This document shows positions 31,021 to 40,175 of a DNA stretch of 50,067 nt, piece by piece. A program made the position numbers and the translations under genes. The DNA is from Kiritimatiellia bacterium (GTDB lineage: Bacteria; Verrucomicrobiota; Kiritimatiellia; RFP12; UBA1067), in assembly GCA_050949565.1 (NCBI GenBank), contig JBMNFY010000013.1:1-50067 (forward strand), in the 5' to 3' direction. The notes beneath the pieces are model-generated. The model was not told where the DNA came from, ran no database searches, and saw nothing but the letters and a program-made list of their open reading frames with translations. Each line of letters starts with the position of its first letter. Within the stretch, counting starts at the first letter, position 1.

Positions 31021-31821
31021 TTACTTCTTGGCCCACTCCGAAGAACCGAACTCACCCTTGAGCGTGGTCCGGAATTGATCCGCGCGCTGGGTCTGCCCCA
31101 GCTTTTCAAAACACTTGGCCGCCTTAAACAGCGCTTCTGGCTGCGCGGAGCGTTCGCTCCGGTAGAGCGTGACCACGCGCAAATAACCGTCGCGCAATGC
31201 CTTTTTGGCGAGCTCGTTCGCGTCGCCGCCACCGGCGAGGATCAGGTCGCCGCGCGCGATCAACGCATTGGCGGAGGCTGGCCGGTCACCCGTTTTGATC
31301 GCTTTGCCGAGCAGTTCCTCGACCTTGCTGAGGCGCTCGCGCTTGATCAGCGCCTGCCAGTAAACCGGGGCCATCTCGCCTAGATAGGCGGCCTCGGGGT
31401 CGGCGGCGATGACCTTCTCACAGACAGCAATCGCTTTGTCGGCGTTGCCGGCCTGCACGTGCGCCTCGGCCAGATAACGGGTGGCGGGCTTGTCCCACTG
31501 CAACATCATGTAGTCGGACGCAATCTTCTCCAACATCGGAATCGCAGCATTGGCGTTGCCCTGGCGGATCGCCTCGATTGCAGCGTCAAGCTCGCGCGGC
31601 CGCGGGATCTGCAGACCAGCGATCTCCTCTGGCTTCAACTGCATTTCAATCGAGCGGCCCTTCTCGACAATGCCATACGCCTTGTCACGCGCAATCCATT
31701 TGATCTCGCCTTCGCGCTTCGATCCGTTGGGCATCGTGATGACGCCCTGCACGGCGGCGGCCTCGGCAGCAATGAAGGTCGCGGCCAACGCGGCCAGTCC
31801 AGTCTGTATTCTCATCTTCAT
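31021..31821 (-). CDS. Exported tetratricopeptide-repeat protein
   Basis: Signal peptide, helical repeats, YLRVVTLY...PEALFKAAKCFEKLG (CpoB/YbgF-like TPR). AAGGAG RBS. Confidence 0.8.
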   Translation of the reverse strand: MKMRIQTGLAALAATFIAAEAAAVQGVITMPNGSKREGEIKWIARDKAYGIVEKGRSIEMQLKPEEIAGLQIPRPRELDAAIEAIRQGNANAAIPMLEKIASDYMMLQWDKPATRYLAEAHVQAGNADKAIAVCEKVIAADPEAAYLGEMAPVYWQALIKRERLSKVEELLGKAIKTGDRPASANALIARGDLILAGGGDANELAKKALRDGYLRVVTLYRSERSAQPEALFKAAKCFEKLGQTQRADQFRTTLKGEFGSSEWAKK

Positions 31822-31879
31822 ACGTTTGCTCCTTGAAAGGGGTGTCACTTGTAGGGAATAATCCAACTCATCGGACGAC

Positions 31880-34800
31880 CTACTGGCCGATCCGCGCCTG
31901 ATTCAGCCAATTTTGCACATCGGTCTTGTAGCGGCCGTCCGGGAAGAGCGAGAGATACTTCTCGCAGTCCTCCTCAGCATCCTTGAACTTCTTGTGTTCC
32001 AGCAGCAGCGGGATGCAGTGGAAATAGGATTTTTCGAGGACACTTGACAAAGCGAGATTGCCGGGGTCTATGCTCAGGATCATCCCCTGGAAGGCCACAA
32101 TCGCCTTACCGCGCGTCTCGGCCGCCTGTTCGTTCAACCCCAACTTCTTTTCAGCCGACCACCTGCGCAACAGGACCTCGCCAGTCATCAGGTCCAGTTC
32201 GGCCTGCTCTTCCGGCGTGGTGCGGTAGCCCCTGACCATCTTGAGCGCATCCACCGCCGCATTGAAGAGACGAGCGCGCTCCCTGTCATCCTTTTCAACC
32301 TTGCCCTCCTCGCTGGCCACGTCAACCAGCAACAGGTTGGCGTCGACCACCAGTGCGAGCTTAGAGAGCTTTTCATCTTTGATAAAGGCTTCCAGCATCT
32401 TGTGCGCCTCACCATACTTCTTGAGGCCGATCAGCGAGCGGGTGCGTCCCAACCGGGCATTGGCGATCAAACTAATATCCTTGGCGGTGGACAACACCTT
32501 GTCGTACGCTTGAACCGCCATGTCGTACTCCCGGCTCTTCTCCAAGGCATCCGCTGCGGCCATGAACTGGCCTTCCGTATAGGTGCCGCCAGCGGCGAAC
32601 ATCTCGCGGTACTTGGCAACACCCTCGCCGCGTAACCCGATCTCGATCAAAGCAGCGGCCTGCATCGGCACCGAGTTCTTAGCCTCGGCGGACTCCGGAT
32701 AGTTTTTGCTGAGCTTCTCAAAGGCTGCCTGCGCGTTGGCGGTGTCCTGCAAAATAGTGTAAAGCGTACCGATCTGCAACTGCGCTCTGGGGGCGTATTG
32801 TCCCTTGGGGAAACGCTTGACGTAATCCTCATAGGCGTTGATGGCCAGCTTGCGCAACAGCGGCAACTTATCCTCGGGCTGGTTGATCTGCGTCAGGCAG
32901 ACCGCTTTGGTGAAGACGGCCAACTCGCGCATCTGCTCGTTACGCTGCTTCTCTTCATCGTTCCGCTGGTAAGCGGCCGCATTCTCATCCAACATCTTGG
33001 CGACGTTGTTGAAGTTCATGACCGCTCTGCTCAACATGTTCACGCCCTGCGTCCGCTCCTCCGCTCTCTGCGCGGCGTCGACGGTCTCGGTTTCATTCGT
33101 GTCGCCGCCATGGAGCAGGCTAATGCCGTACTCGCGGTAGGCGTCGGCCAAGCGGAAGGTGCCGACGATCAGCGTATGGTCGGGGCGCTCGCGTGCGCCG
33201 AGACGCTCGACATAAAACTCCAGTGTCTGGATCTCGTTGGTCGCCTGTTCCTCTTCTTTGTAGATCTGCGCCATGCGGCTGATGGCATCGAAATAGTGGG
33301 GCGAATTGGTGTAAGTCTCGCTGATCTGCCGGTAATACGTCATCGCGCCGACATAGTTCTTGGCGGAAAACTCGCGCTCAGCGAAACTCATCACGAGCTG
33401 GCCTGCGGCGTAATGGTCCGGGTAATCGCGGAAGAAGAGCGCGTAAGTCTGACGTCGCTTGTCTTCCATGCGCAGATCGCCGTAGTGCTCAGCGATGCGG
33501 CGCATCTGGTCGCCCGCTTCTTTCATAAGCTTGGGGTGGCACGCGAAACGCTCAGAGAGGTGGCCGATGACGGTCTCAGCCATCAGCGCCGCTTCTGCGT
33601 CCTCGCCAGAGGTCTCAATGTAGCTGATCGCGAGGTCACCCAAGGCCGACACCGACTCCGGGGACTCCGGAAACTGGTTGAGCACCAGCAGGTACTTGTC
33701 GATCGCCTCCTTGAACTGGTTCCGGCTGAAGATGAGCCGCGCCCCCGCGAACTGCATTTCACGCACCCTGCGCATCTGTTCTTCGGTCACCGGCGTGCGC
33801 AGGTCCGCATTGTAGCGGGTCTTAATGAACTTGCGCAGGATCTCGGAACGTTCGCCGGCCTCGGAGGCCCACTGGCTCTCCGGGAAGCGGACAAACACGT
33901 TGATAAAGTGGTTGAAGGCACCGTTCTGCTTGCGCTTGCCGGACTGGGCATCCCTTTCACCGATCAGCAGGTCTTTGATACGGTCTTCATCGGGCTTGTC
34001 CTTCTTGGCCTCGGCCATCGCTTCGTCCATCAGCAACACCGCCAGCAAGTAACGGCACTGCGGCATCGGACTCATGCGCAGCAAGCCTTGCGAGCCATCG
34101 GGATCCTGATCGCGCAGAGAATCATGGATGGTCCTGAGTTGCGGCATGTAATTCTCGACCAGATCCCGGGTTCCCGTGAGGTCGCCGCGCATCAGGAGGA
34201 GGTGCGCCTTCATCACGATCGCCTTGCCGAACCAGATGTCCTGCTTCCAGAGCAGCTTGTCGACATTGGCCTCGGCCTCCTTGATCATCTTGTCCTTCTC
34301 CTCCTTCTTCTCGACATCAGGCAGGAGCTTGAGCATCAATTCGGCCATGTCGGCGCGTACCTGCCGCTCGGCAGCCTCCTCCAGCGGCACCTTGAAGAGG
34401 TTGCGGAAAGCCACGAGGGCCTCTTTATCTCTGCCCAGATAGAGCAACATCTGGACGTACCTGTAGGCCGCGTCACGATAAAAGGTGACCAGCGCACCGG
34501 CCGGCTTTTCAACCTTTTTGAAGAAGCCCAGATAGAGTTTATCCGCCTCGTCATACCTCTGGAAGGCATAGTAGGCATCGGCCTTGGCCAGCGTCAACGC
34601 CCAGAATTCAACCCCGTTTTTATCGGGGATCGCGTCGATCTCCTTCTGGACGTCGTCAAAACGCCCCTGAGAGAGCAAGCCTTTGAGTTCGCTGACCCTG
34701 AGCTTGGCGGCCGCCTCAGGAAAACGCGCCTTGGTCTCGGCTATCACCTCGTTGGCGATATCCGGCATGCGCATCTGCTGCAAGAGCTCGATGTACTTCA

Positions 34801-34918
34801 GTTCGTCTTCCAACGCCTTTTCAGCGTCAGCCTGCGCGAACGCCCCGCACAGAGGAATACCCACACCCAGGAGCCCAACAAGCCAGCAGCCAAAAATCTT
34901 GGAACGCTTCTTAGTCAT
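31880..34918 (-). CDS. Large exported tetratricopeptide-repeat protein (~1010 aa)
   Basis: Signal peptide and many TPR-like units with F/YPxS turns (RFPESQWA, QFPESPES, RFPKGQYAPRA, NYPESAEA). Confidence 0.82.
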   Translation of the reverse strand: MTKKRSKIFGCWLVGLLGVGIPLCGAFAQADAEKALEDELKYIELLQQMRMPDIANEVIAETKARFPEAAAKLRVSELKGLLSQGRFDDVQKEIDAIPDKNGVEFWALTLAKADAYYAFQRYDEADKLYLGFFKKVEKPAGALVTFYRDAAYRYVQMLLYLGRDKEALVAFRNLFKVPLEEAAERQVRADMAELMLKLLPDVEKKEEKDKMIKEAEANVDKLLWKQDIWFGKAIVMKAHLLLMRGDLTGTRDLVENYMPQLRTIHDSLRDQDPDGSQGLLRMSPMPQCRYLLAVLLMDEAMAEAKKDKPDEDRIKDLLIGERDAQSGKRKQNGAFNHFINVFVRFPESQWASEAGERSEILRKFIKTRYNADLRTPVTEEQMRRVREMQFAGARLIFSRNQFKEAIDKYLLVLNQFPESPESVSALGDLAISYIETSGEDAEAALMAETVIGHLSERFACHPKLMKEAGDQMRRIAEHYGDLRMEDKRRQTYALFFRDYPDHYAAGQLVMSFAEREFSAKNYVGAMTYYRQISETYTNSPHYFDAISRMAQIYKEEEQATNEIQTLEFYVERLGARERPDHTLIVGTFRLADAYREYGISLLHGGDTNETETVDAAQRAEERTQGVNMLSRAVMNFNNVAKMLDENAAAYQRNDEEKQRNEQMRELAVFTKAVCLTQINQPEDKLPLLRKLAINAYEDYVKRFPKGQYAPRAQLQIGTLYTILQDTANAQAAFEKLSKNYPESAEAKNSVPMQAAALIEIGLRGEGVAKYREMFAAGGTYTEGQFMAAADALEKSREYDMAVQAYDKVLSTAKDISLIANARLGRTRSLIGLKKYGEAHKMLEAFIKDEKLSKLALVVDANLLLVDVASEEGKVEKDDRERARLFNAAVDALKMVRGYRTTPEEQAELDLMTGEVLLRRWSAEKKLGLNEQAAETRGKAIVAFQGMILSIDPGNLALSSVLEKSYFHCIPLLLEHKKFKDAEEDCEKYLSLFPDGRYKTDVQNWLNQARIGQ

Positions 34919-35077
34919 AGTGAGGAGCAATTGTACGGAGGCTGTGCGCCAAGGTCAATTTCAAACCACAAAAAAAAATCACATCTTCTCACAGTTTGTT
35001 GTTGCAGTTCGGCCCGGTTTGAATTACCTTTTGACCATACGCGTAAACGTGTCACCAGTTAATCTTGAGGTTTTGAA

Positions 35078-36214
35078 ATGGCTAAAGTGCTGCGTGTGTT
35101 GGTTATCATCATTCTGATCCTGAGTGCTGTGTCCCTGTTTTTTGCTCACAAGTTGTTCGAAAAACGGGAGCTGTTGACGAAGCGCAACAGTGTACTTGAG
35201 GAGACGTTCATCAAAGTGGCGAAGACGATTGAGGGGCAAGATCCCGCCGAGGCCGATGCGCCAAGCGTGATGAAGGACACCTCTGAAGTCTCCGACCGTG
35301 AGCTGACAAACCCCGAGAAGCAGGCGATGCTGGAGGGCTACCCGATCAAGCTGGAGCAGCAGAATCTGCCCACGCTCGACTTCGGTAACACCGAAAAGCG
35401 CCTGCAGCTCCGCTGCCTCTACCGTGTCGACGACGAAGGCAACTATATCCTCAACCCGGTGGATAACAAGCCCGACACCAAGGGTCCCGGCACCATGCAA
35501 GAGCTAATGGACCAGCTCTTCGATCGCGCCAAGGCCCAGCAGGCCTCGCTCAATAAGACGCGCGCCGAACTCTCCAAGATGCGCGATCAGTTCACCGCCT
35601 CGATCGATGAGATCAACAAGCTCAAGACCGACGGCCGTGCCGCCAAGGTGGAACTGAAAGGCGAAAAGGAAAAGGTCGCTACCCTCACCACCGAAAAAAC
35701 AGCGTTGGAAACAAGCGTGACCCGGCTCACCGCCGAGAAGCGGGAACTCACCGCCGAACTCGCCGACGCCAAGAACACGATCGAGACGCTGAACGAGGAC
35801 AAGGTCAACTTGACCGATGATCTCGCCAAACTGCGCGAGCAGAACGAAGAACTGAAGAAGAGGTTGAGCGGCCAAGGTTCGCGTCCCGGTACCGTCGCAC
35901 CGGCTCAGGGCATGGCTACGGCTCCAACCGCCGGTGACAAGGGCAAGATCATCGAGGCCAATGACGAACTGAAGTTCGCGATCATTGAACTCTCTGACGA
36001 CGCCATTGCTGAGTTGCTCGGCCCTGAGCGCCAGAATGCTCTGCCGCAGCTCGAGATGAACGTGCGCCGCACTGGCCGTCAAAGCGCCGCCGGCGAGTTC
36101 GTCACGCGTATCAAACTGCGCCAGGCCGTGCGCGGCAAGAACTTCGTGGTTGCTGACATTCTGAACGACTGGCAGCAGGCACCGGTGGAGAAAGGCGATG
36201 TCGTCTTCTTCTGA
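35078..36214 (+). CDS. Membrane-anchored coiled-coil protein
   Basis: N-terminal TM helix, long heptad region, C-terminal beta domain ending VEKGDVVFF. Divergent from the TPR cluster. Confidence 0.8.
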   Translation: MAKVLRVLVIIILILSAVSLFFAHKLFEKRELLTKRNSVLEETFIKVAKTIEGQDPAEADAPSVMKDTSEVSDRELTNPEKQAMLEGYPIKLEQQNLPTLDFGNTEKRLQLRCLYRVDDEGNYILNPVDNKPDTKGPGTMQELMDQLFDRAKAQQASLNKTRAELSKMRDQFTASIDEINKLKTDGRAAKVELKGEKEKVATLTTEKTALETSVTRLTAEKRELTAELADAKNTIETLNEDKVNLTDDLAKLREQNEELKKRLSGQGSRPGTVAPAQGMATAPTAGDKGKIIEANDELKFAIIELSDDAIAELLGPERQNALPQLEMNVRRTGRQSAAGEFVTRIKLRQAVRGKNFVVADILNDWQQAPVEKGDVVFF

Positions 36215-36386
36215 GACGAGCCTGACGATCCGTAGCCTCTGTCTCCTACTCGCGGCGCTCACCCTGCTCGGGCTCACCGGATGCATGGTCGACAACCCGA
36301 ACGAAACTGACATGCCGTGGGCCGCGCCGGCTGGATGGGAAGGCACCATGCCCCTGCCGGGCGGCTATAGAGACCGCTACCAGTAA
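36198..36386 (+). CDS. Small putative lipoprotein
   Basis: Lipobox LLGLTGC, followed by a terminator. Start codon uncertain. Confidence 0.6.
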   Translation: MSSSSETSLTIRSLCLLLAALTLLGLTGCMVDNPNETDMPWAAPAGWEGTMPLPGGYRDRYQ

Positions 36387-36429
36387 AAAAACAAGCGCCG
36401 GAAATCAACTTCCGGCGCTTCGTCTTTTC
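36387..36429. terminator. Bidirectional intrinsic terminator
   Basis: AAGCGCCGGAA-ATCAAC-TTCCGGCGCTT flanked by an A-run and a T-rich tail, between convergent genes. Confidence 0.75.
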
Positions 36430-36482
36430 CGGCACTGCCGATCCTGCCGATGCTTCCGGCAGATCCCCGAAACTCCTCACGG

Positions 36483-36505
36483 CATGGGCATGATGCCCGT
36501 GCCAC
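36483..36505 (+). repeat. Degenerate half-copy of the REP core of the 100-bp element
   Basis: CATGGGCATGATGCCCGTGCCAC versus CACGGGCAAGATGCCCGTGCCAC in copy B. Confidence 0.6.
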
Positions 36506-36534
36506 GTCTGGTTTTTCCGTCGCGCGGTGTCCGC

Positions 36535-37188
36535 CTATTCACTCTCAATCACTAGACGCCCGTCCTCGACTTTCACCTTTTCGATGCGCTGTAGGATCTG
36601 CGCGGCTTTCGGGCTTCCGAACGCTTGGTCGGCCAGATTCCTTGAGCGGATCGCAGACATCAACTGCTCCGGCACAGGTTTCCCGCGTACCGTCAGCGAC
36701 TCCATGAACACGACGAGCCGCCCCGCAACCGTGTTCACGCTAAGCTCCACGGATCCGTTCAGCCAGCGGCCTTTCAGCAGATCAAGGCTGCTCAGTTGAT
36801 CCAGCGGAAAGCTGACATCACCGCAGATACGCTCGTCCTCAATCTCCACAAAGAGGCGTCCGGCCAACTCCGGTGAATTTTGAATCAAAGCATTGATGTC
36901 ACGCGCGGACAATGACAAGGTTTGATCCGACTTGCCCTCTTTCACCGCCTTGACAAACCCATCCACCCGTTCAAACAACGCGCGTTTCTCTCCTTCCTCC
37001 ATCTGGAATTCCGGCAACTCTGTCGGCGCGACGTCCGTGTATCGTGCAGCCAACCGCGTGACGGTCGATCTCGCCGTGCGGTAAACCAGCACACCGCCGA
37101 CCGCCAGCAGAATAACCAGCGTCAAGCAGCCGATACCCACCTTCCTCAAACACCCGCCTTTTTTAGTATCCGTGCGTTCTCGCGACAT
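36535..37188 (-). CDS. Membrane-anchored hypothetical protein
   Basis: AAGGAGG RBS, GCL-type N-terminal TM helix, LSLSARDINALI motif. Confidence 0.75.
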   Translation of the reverse strand: MSRERTDTKKGGCLRKVGIGCLTLVILLAVGGVLVYRTARSTVTRLAARYTDVAPTELPEFQMEEGEKRALFERVDGFVKAVKEGKSDQTLSLSARDINALIQNSPELAGRLFVEIEDERICGDVSFPLDQLSSLDLLKGRWLNGSVELSVNTVAGRLVVFMESLTVRGKPVPEQLMSAIRSRNLADQAFGSPKAAQILQRIEKVKVEDGRLVIESE

Positions 37189-37381
37189 TTCATCCTCCTT
37201 GCTTACGTTACCGTCCGCCTTCTCTCCTCAGTAACTTTCCTTATCATACGCCTCACTCCTTCCCGCCGCAAGTGCGATCAATTTCTGACAAAATTCTGAC
37301 TCCCAATCCGGTCACACAAACGCTATACTGTATCGCCGTTGGACTTGCGTTTTTAAGTTTCACTCATTTATACGTTCTTTT

Positions 37382-38809
37382 ATGCAGATTCCTCTCCCCA
37401 AAATCATTCAAGGCGGCATGGGCGTCGGCGTCTCCAATTGGCGCTTGGCACAGGCGGTCGCCCGTATCGGTCAGCTCGGCATCGTATCTGGAACAGGACT
37501 TGACCAAGTGCTCGCCCGGCGTTTGCAGGATGGCGACCCCGGCGGTGATATGCGCCGTGCGTTGGCCCATTTCCCCTTCCCGCAGATGGCGCAGCGCATT
37601 CTGGACACGCTGTTCATCGCAGGCGGCAAGAAGCCCGACGAGCCCTACAAGCCGAGCGAAAAACCGGCGCTCAAAAACAGCCGTTGGTTCGATGAACTAT
37701 GCATCGTCTCCAACTTCGTAGAAGTCTTCCTCGCGCGTGAGGGCCACTCCAATCCAGTCGGCATCAACTATCTTGAGAAAATCCAGTTCCCCCATCTGCC
37801 CTCCGCCTACGGCGCGATGCTCGCCGGCGCGGCAGTCATGATCGTCGGCGCCGGCATCCCCGTGGAGTTTCCGGGCGTGCTGGATGCGCTGTCACGCCAT
37901 GAAGCCGTGACCTACACCGTCCGCATCCAAGGTGCAACCCCGGAGACCGACTGCCAGCGCGTCTTTGACCCGGCACTCTTCTTTGAAGACGGCTGCACGC
38001 CGCCTGACCTGCGGCGTCCGGACTTCCTGCCAATCATCTCTGCGGACTCGCTCGCCACCATGTTGCTGCGGCGCGCCAGCGGCAGCGTGGAGGGCTTTGT
38101 GGTTGAAGGACCGACGGCCGGTGGTCATAATGCACCGCCGCGCGGTCCGCTACAACTGACCCCCGACGGCCAGCCGATTTACGGCCCGCGTGATGTGGTC
38201 AAGTTGGAGGCCATGCGCAAGATCGGCATGCCGTTCTGGCTGGGCGGCGGCTACGGATCGCCCGAGGCCCTGCGCATGGCACTCGAAGAGGGTGCCGCTG
38301 GCGTGCAGGTCGGCACACCTTTCGCGCTCTGTGAAGAGTCGGGCCTGGAGCCGGAGATGCGCCGCGCTCTGGTCCGTCGGGCGCTGGCTGGCGAGGGCAA
38401 GGTTTTCACTGATCCGCTCGCCTCGTCCACCGGCTTCCCGTTCAAGGTCGCAGACCTCGAAGGCACACTCTCCGAACCGGACGTTTATGCGGCCCGCCGC
38501 CGGGTTTGCGATCTCGGCTATCTGCGCGAAGCCTACCGCAAGGAGGACGGCTCGATCGGCTACCGTTGCCCCTCTGAGACTGTGGCCGCATACCTCGCCA
38601 AAGGCGGCAAGGAAGAGGACACCATCGGGCGCAAGTGCATCTGCAACGGGCTCTTCAGCAATATCGGCCTCGCGCAAGTGCGGCCCGACGGTTACCGCGA
38701 ACCGGCCATCATCACGCTGGGCGACGATCTGGTCCACATCGGACGTTTCTGCTCGCCGGAAAAGCCGGACTACACCGCCGCCGATGCCATCCGCGTACTC
38801 CTGGGGTGA
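37382..38809 (+). CDS. Nitronate monooxygenase (2-nitropropane dioxygenase)-family flavoprotein with a Cys-rich C-terminus
   Basis: IIQGGMGVGVS, VEGPTAGGH, GVQVGTPF, STGFPFK, and C-terminal CDLGYL...C...CICNGL. Confidence 0.88.
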   Translation: MQIPLPKIIQGGMGVGVSNWRLAQAVARIGQLGIVSGTGLDQVLARRLQDGDPGGDMRRALAHFPFPQMAQRILDTLFIAGGKKPDEPYKPSEKPALKNSRWFDELCIVSNFVEVFLAREGHSNPVGINYLEKIQFPHLPSAYGAMLAGAAVMIVGAGIPVEFPGVLDALSRHEAVTYTVRIQGATPETDCQRVFDPALFFEDGCTPPDLRRPDFLPIISADSLATMLLRRASGSVEGFVVEGPTAGGHNAPPRGPLQLTPDGQPIYGPRDVVKLEAMRKIGMPFWLGGGYGSPEALRMALEEGAAGVQVGTPFALCEESGLEPEMRRALVRRALAGEGKVFTDPLASSTGFPFKVADLEGTLSEPDVYAARRRVCDLGYLREAYRKEDGSIGYRCPSETVAAYLAKGGKEEDTIGRKCICNGLFSNIGLAQVRPDGYREPAIITLGDDLVHIGRFCSPEKPDYTAADAIRVLLG

Positions 38810-38811
38810 GA

Positions 38812-39486
38812 TCAGAACGGCGCGGATTCCTCCTCATCCTCACCGAGCGGGTCCATACTGGAGAGGTCCATCGTGGACAGGTCGTCCACGGACTGGTCGC
38901 TGCCGAACGGAGACGCGCCGAAAGCCGATGGTCCGCGCGGAACGCCGAACGCCACCACGCTCAATGCCTGCTCAAGGACCATGCTGAGCCCGAACGCTTC
39001 CACGCCGTTGAAGAAGATGCGCACGCGGGCGGACGCATCGGGCGTGCTCTTGGCACGGCGCGAGACATCCAACGCGTAGCCGGCGTAAGGCTCGGTCTGG
39101 CGCGTCAGATTGATGAGCGTGGTCGCTGCGCGGGTATCGTGGTAGAGGCCCTTGCCGTCAGCGATGGTGGCGGTGACACCCTTCAGGACCAGTAGCAACT
39201 GGCTCAGGTCTGTGAAGTTGAGCTTGACCGTGATCCGGTTCTGCCAGTCGAACGTGGCGTACCGGCGGTTGCCCTGTTCGACCGAGCCGCTGGCCACGCT
39301 CTTCTGCTGCGCGAGTGTCATGAAAATCGCACCGTCGCGTTCGCCAGTGGCCGGCACCAATTCAAAGCGCGCTGCGCTGCCGGTGCCCTTGCTGTTGGCG
39401 TGAAAGAACGAGAGGCGCGGACGATAAGCGCGCGCGGCGTCGGTGACGGGACGTGCAGTCGGTGTGAGTGTTGCAGTGTTGTTCAT
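38812..39486 (-). CDS. Hypothetical protein, probable Whirly-like ssDNA-binding fold with an acidic SSB-like tail
   Basis: AAGGAGG RBS. Motif order FH..KG..AA / GAIFMTLA / FDWQNRITVKL..TDL / LYHD / GYALDVS / VRI....EA. Tail EDEEESAPF*. Confidence 0.6.
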   Translation of the reverse strand: MNNTATLTPTARPVTDAARAYRPRLSFFHANSKGTGSAARFELVPATGERDGAIFMTLAQQKSVASGSVEQGNRRYATFDWQNRITVKLNFTDLSQLLLVLKGVTATIADGKGLYHDTRAATTLINLTRQTEPYAGYALDVSRRAKSTPDASARVRIFFNGVEAFGLSMVLEQALSVVAFGVPRGPSAFGASPFGSDQSVDDLSTMDLSSMDPLGEDEEESAPF

Positions 39487-39576
39487 GTCAAACCTCCTTG
39501 GTGTTGGTTGTGTTCGTGTGCGTTTCATGATCCGGTCATGAAAACAGCGTCACCTTAACACACAGGGAGGCTTGAT

Positions 39577-39597
39577 ATGTCGCTTGCCAAGCGACAT
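39577..39597. promoter_or_regulatory. Perfect palindrome, putative operator
   Basis: ATGTCGCTTG-C-CAAGCGACAT, about 90-110 bp upstream of the 38812-39486 gene. Confidence 0.6.
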
Positions 39598-39656
39598 TTT
39601 CTTATTGCGACCACGCAGTGGCTCGCAATCTTGAGAGTAAAAGCGCTGCTCTACTT

Positions 39657-40163
39657 TTACACCAGAAGCAGCGGCTGGTTGAAGGCGTAGAGCGCGTCGT
39701 TGATGCGCAAGGGATCGTATTGGCCGCGCTCTATAAAAAACCGCACGATCAGATCGAAGGGCGCACTGGTCGAGAGCGCAAACCCAGCCGAGGCGAGCAG
39801 CACCTCGGTCAGGTCAGGCGTCAAGCGTAGCGCGAGTGCGAAAGCGATCACCGTTTGCTTCTTGGGTTGATAGGCGGGGTCGCTGCGGATCTTCGAAAAC
39901 AACTTACGATCCACATGCGCCCGCTTGTAAACCTCGACCTCGCTGAGTCCGCTGGCGCGGATGAGTTGAAGCAGGCGACGCGAAAACGAAACGTCGGCGC
40001 GGGCGAGGTAATCGCTCAATCCAACAGGTGGCTCGCATACCTGCGCGTGCGGCGCATCCGGCGGCACGCCGAATCCGGCGAGATAGGTGCGCAAGGCATG
40101 CGCGGTCTCCGCATCAAGCGCGGAAGGGCGGGACGCGGAATCGTATAACTCACCGTCACACAT
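39657..40163 (-). CDS. XRE-like helix-turn-helix protein (family usually found C-terminal to a macro domain)
   Basis: SFSRRLLQLI...EVYKRAHVDRKLFSKIRSDPAYQPKKQTVIAFALALRL...LLASAGFALS...FDLIVRFFIE. Start uncertain. Confidence 0.8.
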   Translation of the reverse strand: MCDGELYDSASRPSALDAETAHALRTYLAGFGVPPDAPHAQVCEPPVGLSDYLARADVSFSRRLLQLIRASGLSEVEVYKRAHVDRKLFSKIRSDPAYQPKKQTVIAFALALRLTPDLTEVLLASAGFALSTSAPFDLIVRFFIERGQYDPLRINDALYAFNQPLLLV

Positions 40164-40175
40164 GACAGATTGACG

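Noticed and set aside
32798-35062. Long antisense ORFs (754 aa here, 604 aa at 27363-29177, and many others)
   Set aside because: Shadow frames of high-GC genes with clear families on the opposite strand. No RBS or motifs.
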